Source: an uncultured Candidatus Rokubacteria bacterium (GTDB taxonomy: Bacteria > Methylomirabilota > Methylomirabilia > Rokubacteriales > CSP1-6). Taken from it: 64,000 bases of DNA. The position numbers and the translations under genes were made by a program. Positions within the stretch are counted from its first letter, which is position 1. Each line of letters starts with the position of its first letter. The notes below the pieces were generated by a model, which saw nothing but the letters and a program-made list of their open reading frames with translations, made no database searches and was not told where the DNA came from. The stretch is taken from contig CAVVEU010000033.1 of NCBI GenBank assembly GCA_963747235.1, positions 338,728 to 402,727 on the forward strand. The letters are read 5' to 3'. Shown piece by piece: positions 63,347-64,000 of the stretch.

Positions 63347-64000
63347 TTTAGCAGCGAACGATGTTTCGCGGAGCTCGCAATCCCCTTTAGTGCGAAAAAA
63401 AAATAATTTCGATTTACTCCCACAAATTTCAGCTGGCACGCAAACAACTTTAGTCGCTATTAGGGCTGAGGACCACTCAGTCACAATCAATATTCATGAT
63501 TTGCGTCCAGGGGACGTTTTTCTTCGACGCCCCGAGGGATTGGTGGCCGGTATAGCATCTCGCCTTGACGTAATCGTGAAATATCAGGCTGCAATTCTCG
63601 CACCAGAGAACTCACTCTGGCGGCATGTTGGAATACTCGACGATAATTACCAGGTTTGGGATGCGATGCCTAAACTGGACATCCGAGAAGTAGGCCTCTG
63701 CGAGAAGTATTGCGCGATAAAGCAACAATTACGATACGCCGTCCACAAGTGGAAATCGATCCAATTCGACTTCGCACGAGTCTCCTGAGCTTTTCTAATC
63801 ACGATTATCGAATATTCCGAATAGAAACGGGTGGACATCTGGCAAGCAGACTTCTCGCACGAACTTCGGGCACAAAGGTCGGTACTCCGACTGACGGTGC
63901 GGTAATTTGTTCGACATTCGTCTCTCACGTTCTCCGCCGTACAACAACACAACCGTTCTTTCGATCACTTCCTGTCGTCGTTCCGGGGGATTATGCAAGC
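63339..64000 (+). CDS. Permuted papain-like (YiiX/YebB, NlpC/P60 superfamily) protein, frameshift near 63688, runs off the window
   Basis: LRPGDVFL, WRHVGI (His first), then in the shifted frame AVICSTFV and VPGDY. Confidence 0.6.

Overview
This is a very GC-rich bacterial chromosomal segment. Gene content and style (many Liv/Dpp ABC systems, luciferase-like monooxygenases, MetE-like protein, REP-like hairpins) suggest Ca. Rokubacteria/Methylomirabilota, but that assignment is an inference. Single-base indels break many otherwise intact genes, so the assembly looks like unpolished long-read sequence and I treat most frameshifts as errors. Most of 1-60940 is transport, redox and housekeeping genes (msrPQ, glnD, hisC, lytic transglycosylase, NifU-like). 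Highlights: (1) a four-gene secreted cassette at 29963-35811 encoding a large beta-helix/Ig/PKD surface protein, two divergent paralogous carboxypeptidase-regulatory-like proteins and a tri-zinc phospholipase C/S1-P1 nuclease-fold enzyme, a candidate uncharacterised toxin/immunity or effector-display system; (2) two selenoprotein genes missed by the ORF track (CUAEP-tail radical SAM and a UxxxxC peroxiredoxin), each with a SECIS-like hairpin; (3) a RES/Xre-type toxin-antitoxin pair with an unusually long antitoxin, next to an LLM gene bracketed by an exact 19-bp direct repeat; (4) repeated leaderless-promoter architecture; (5) an abrupt switch at about 60941 to lower-GC DNA carrying an HD/Mesh1-like hydrolase, an integrase remnant and a permuted papain-like protein.
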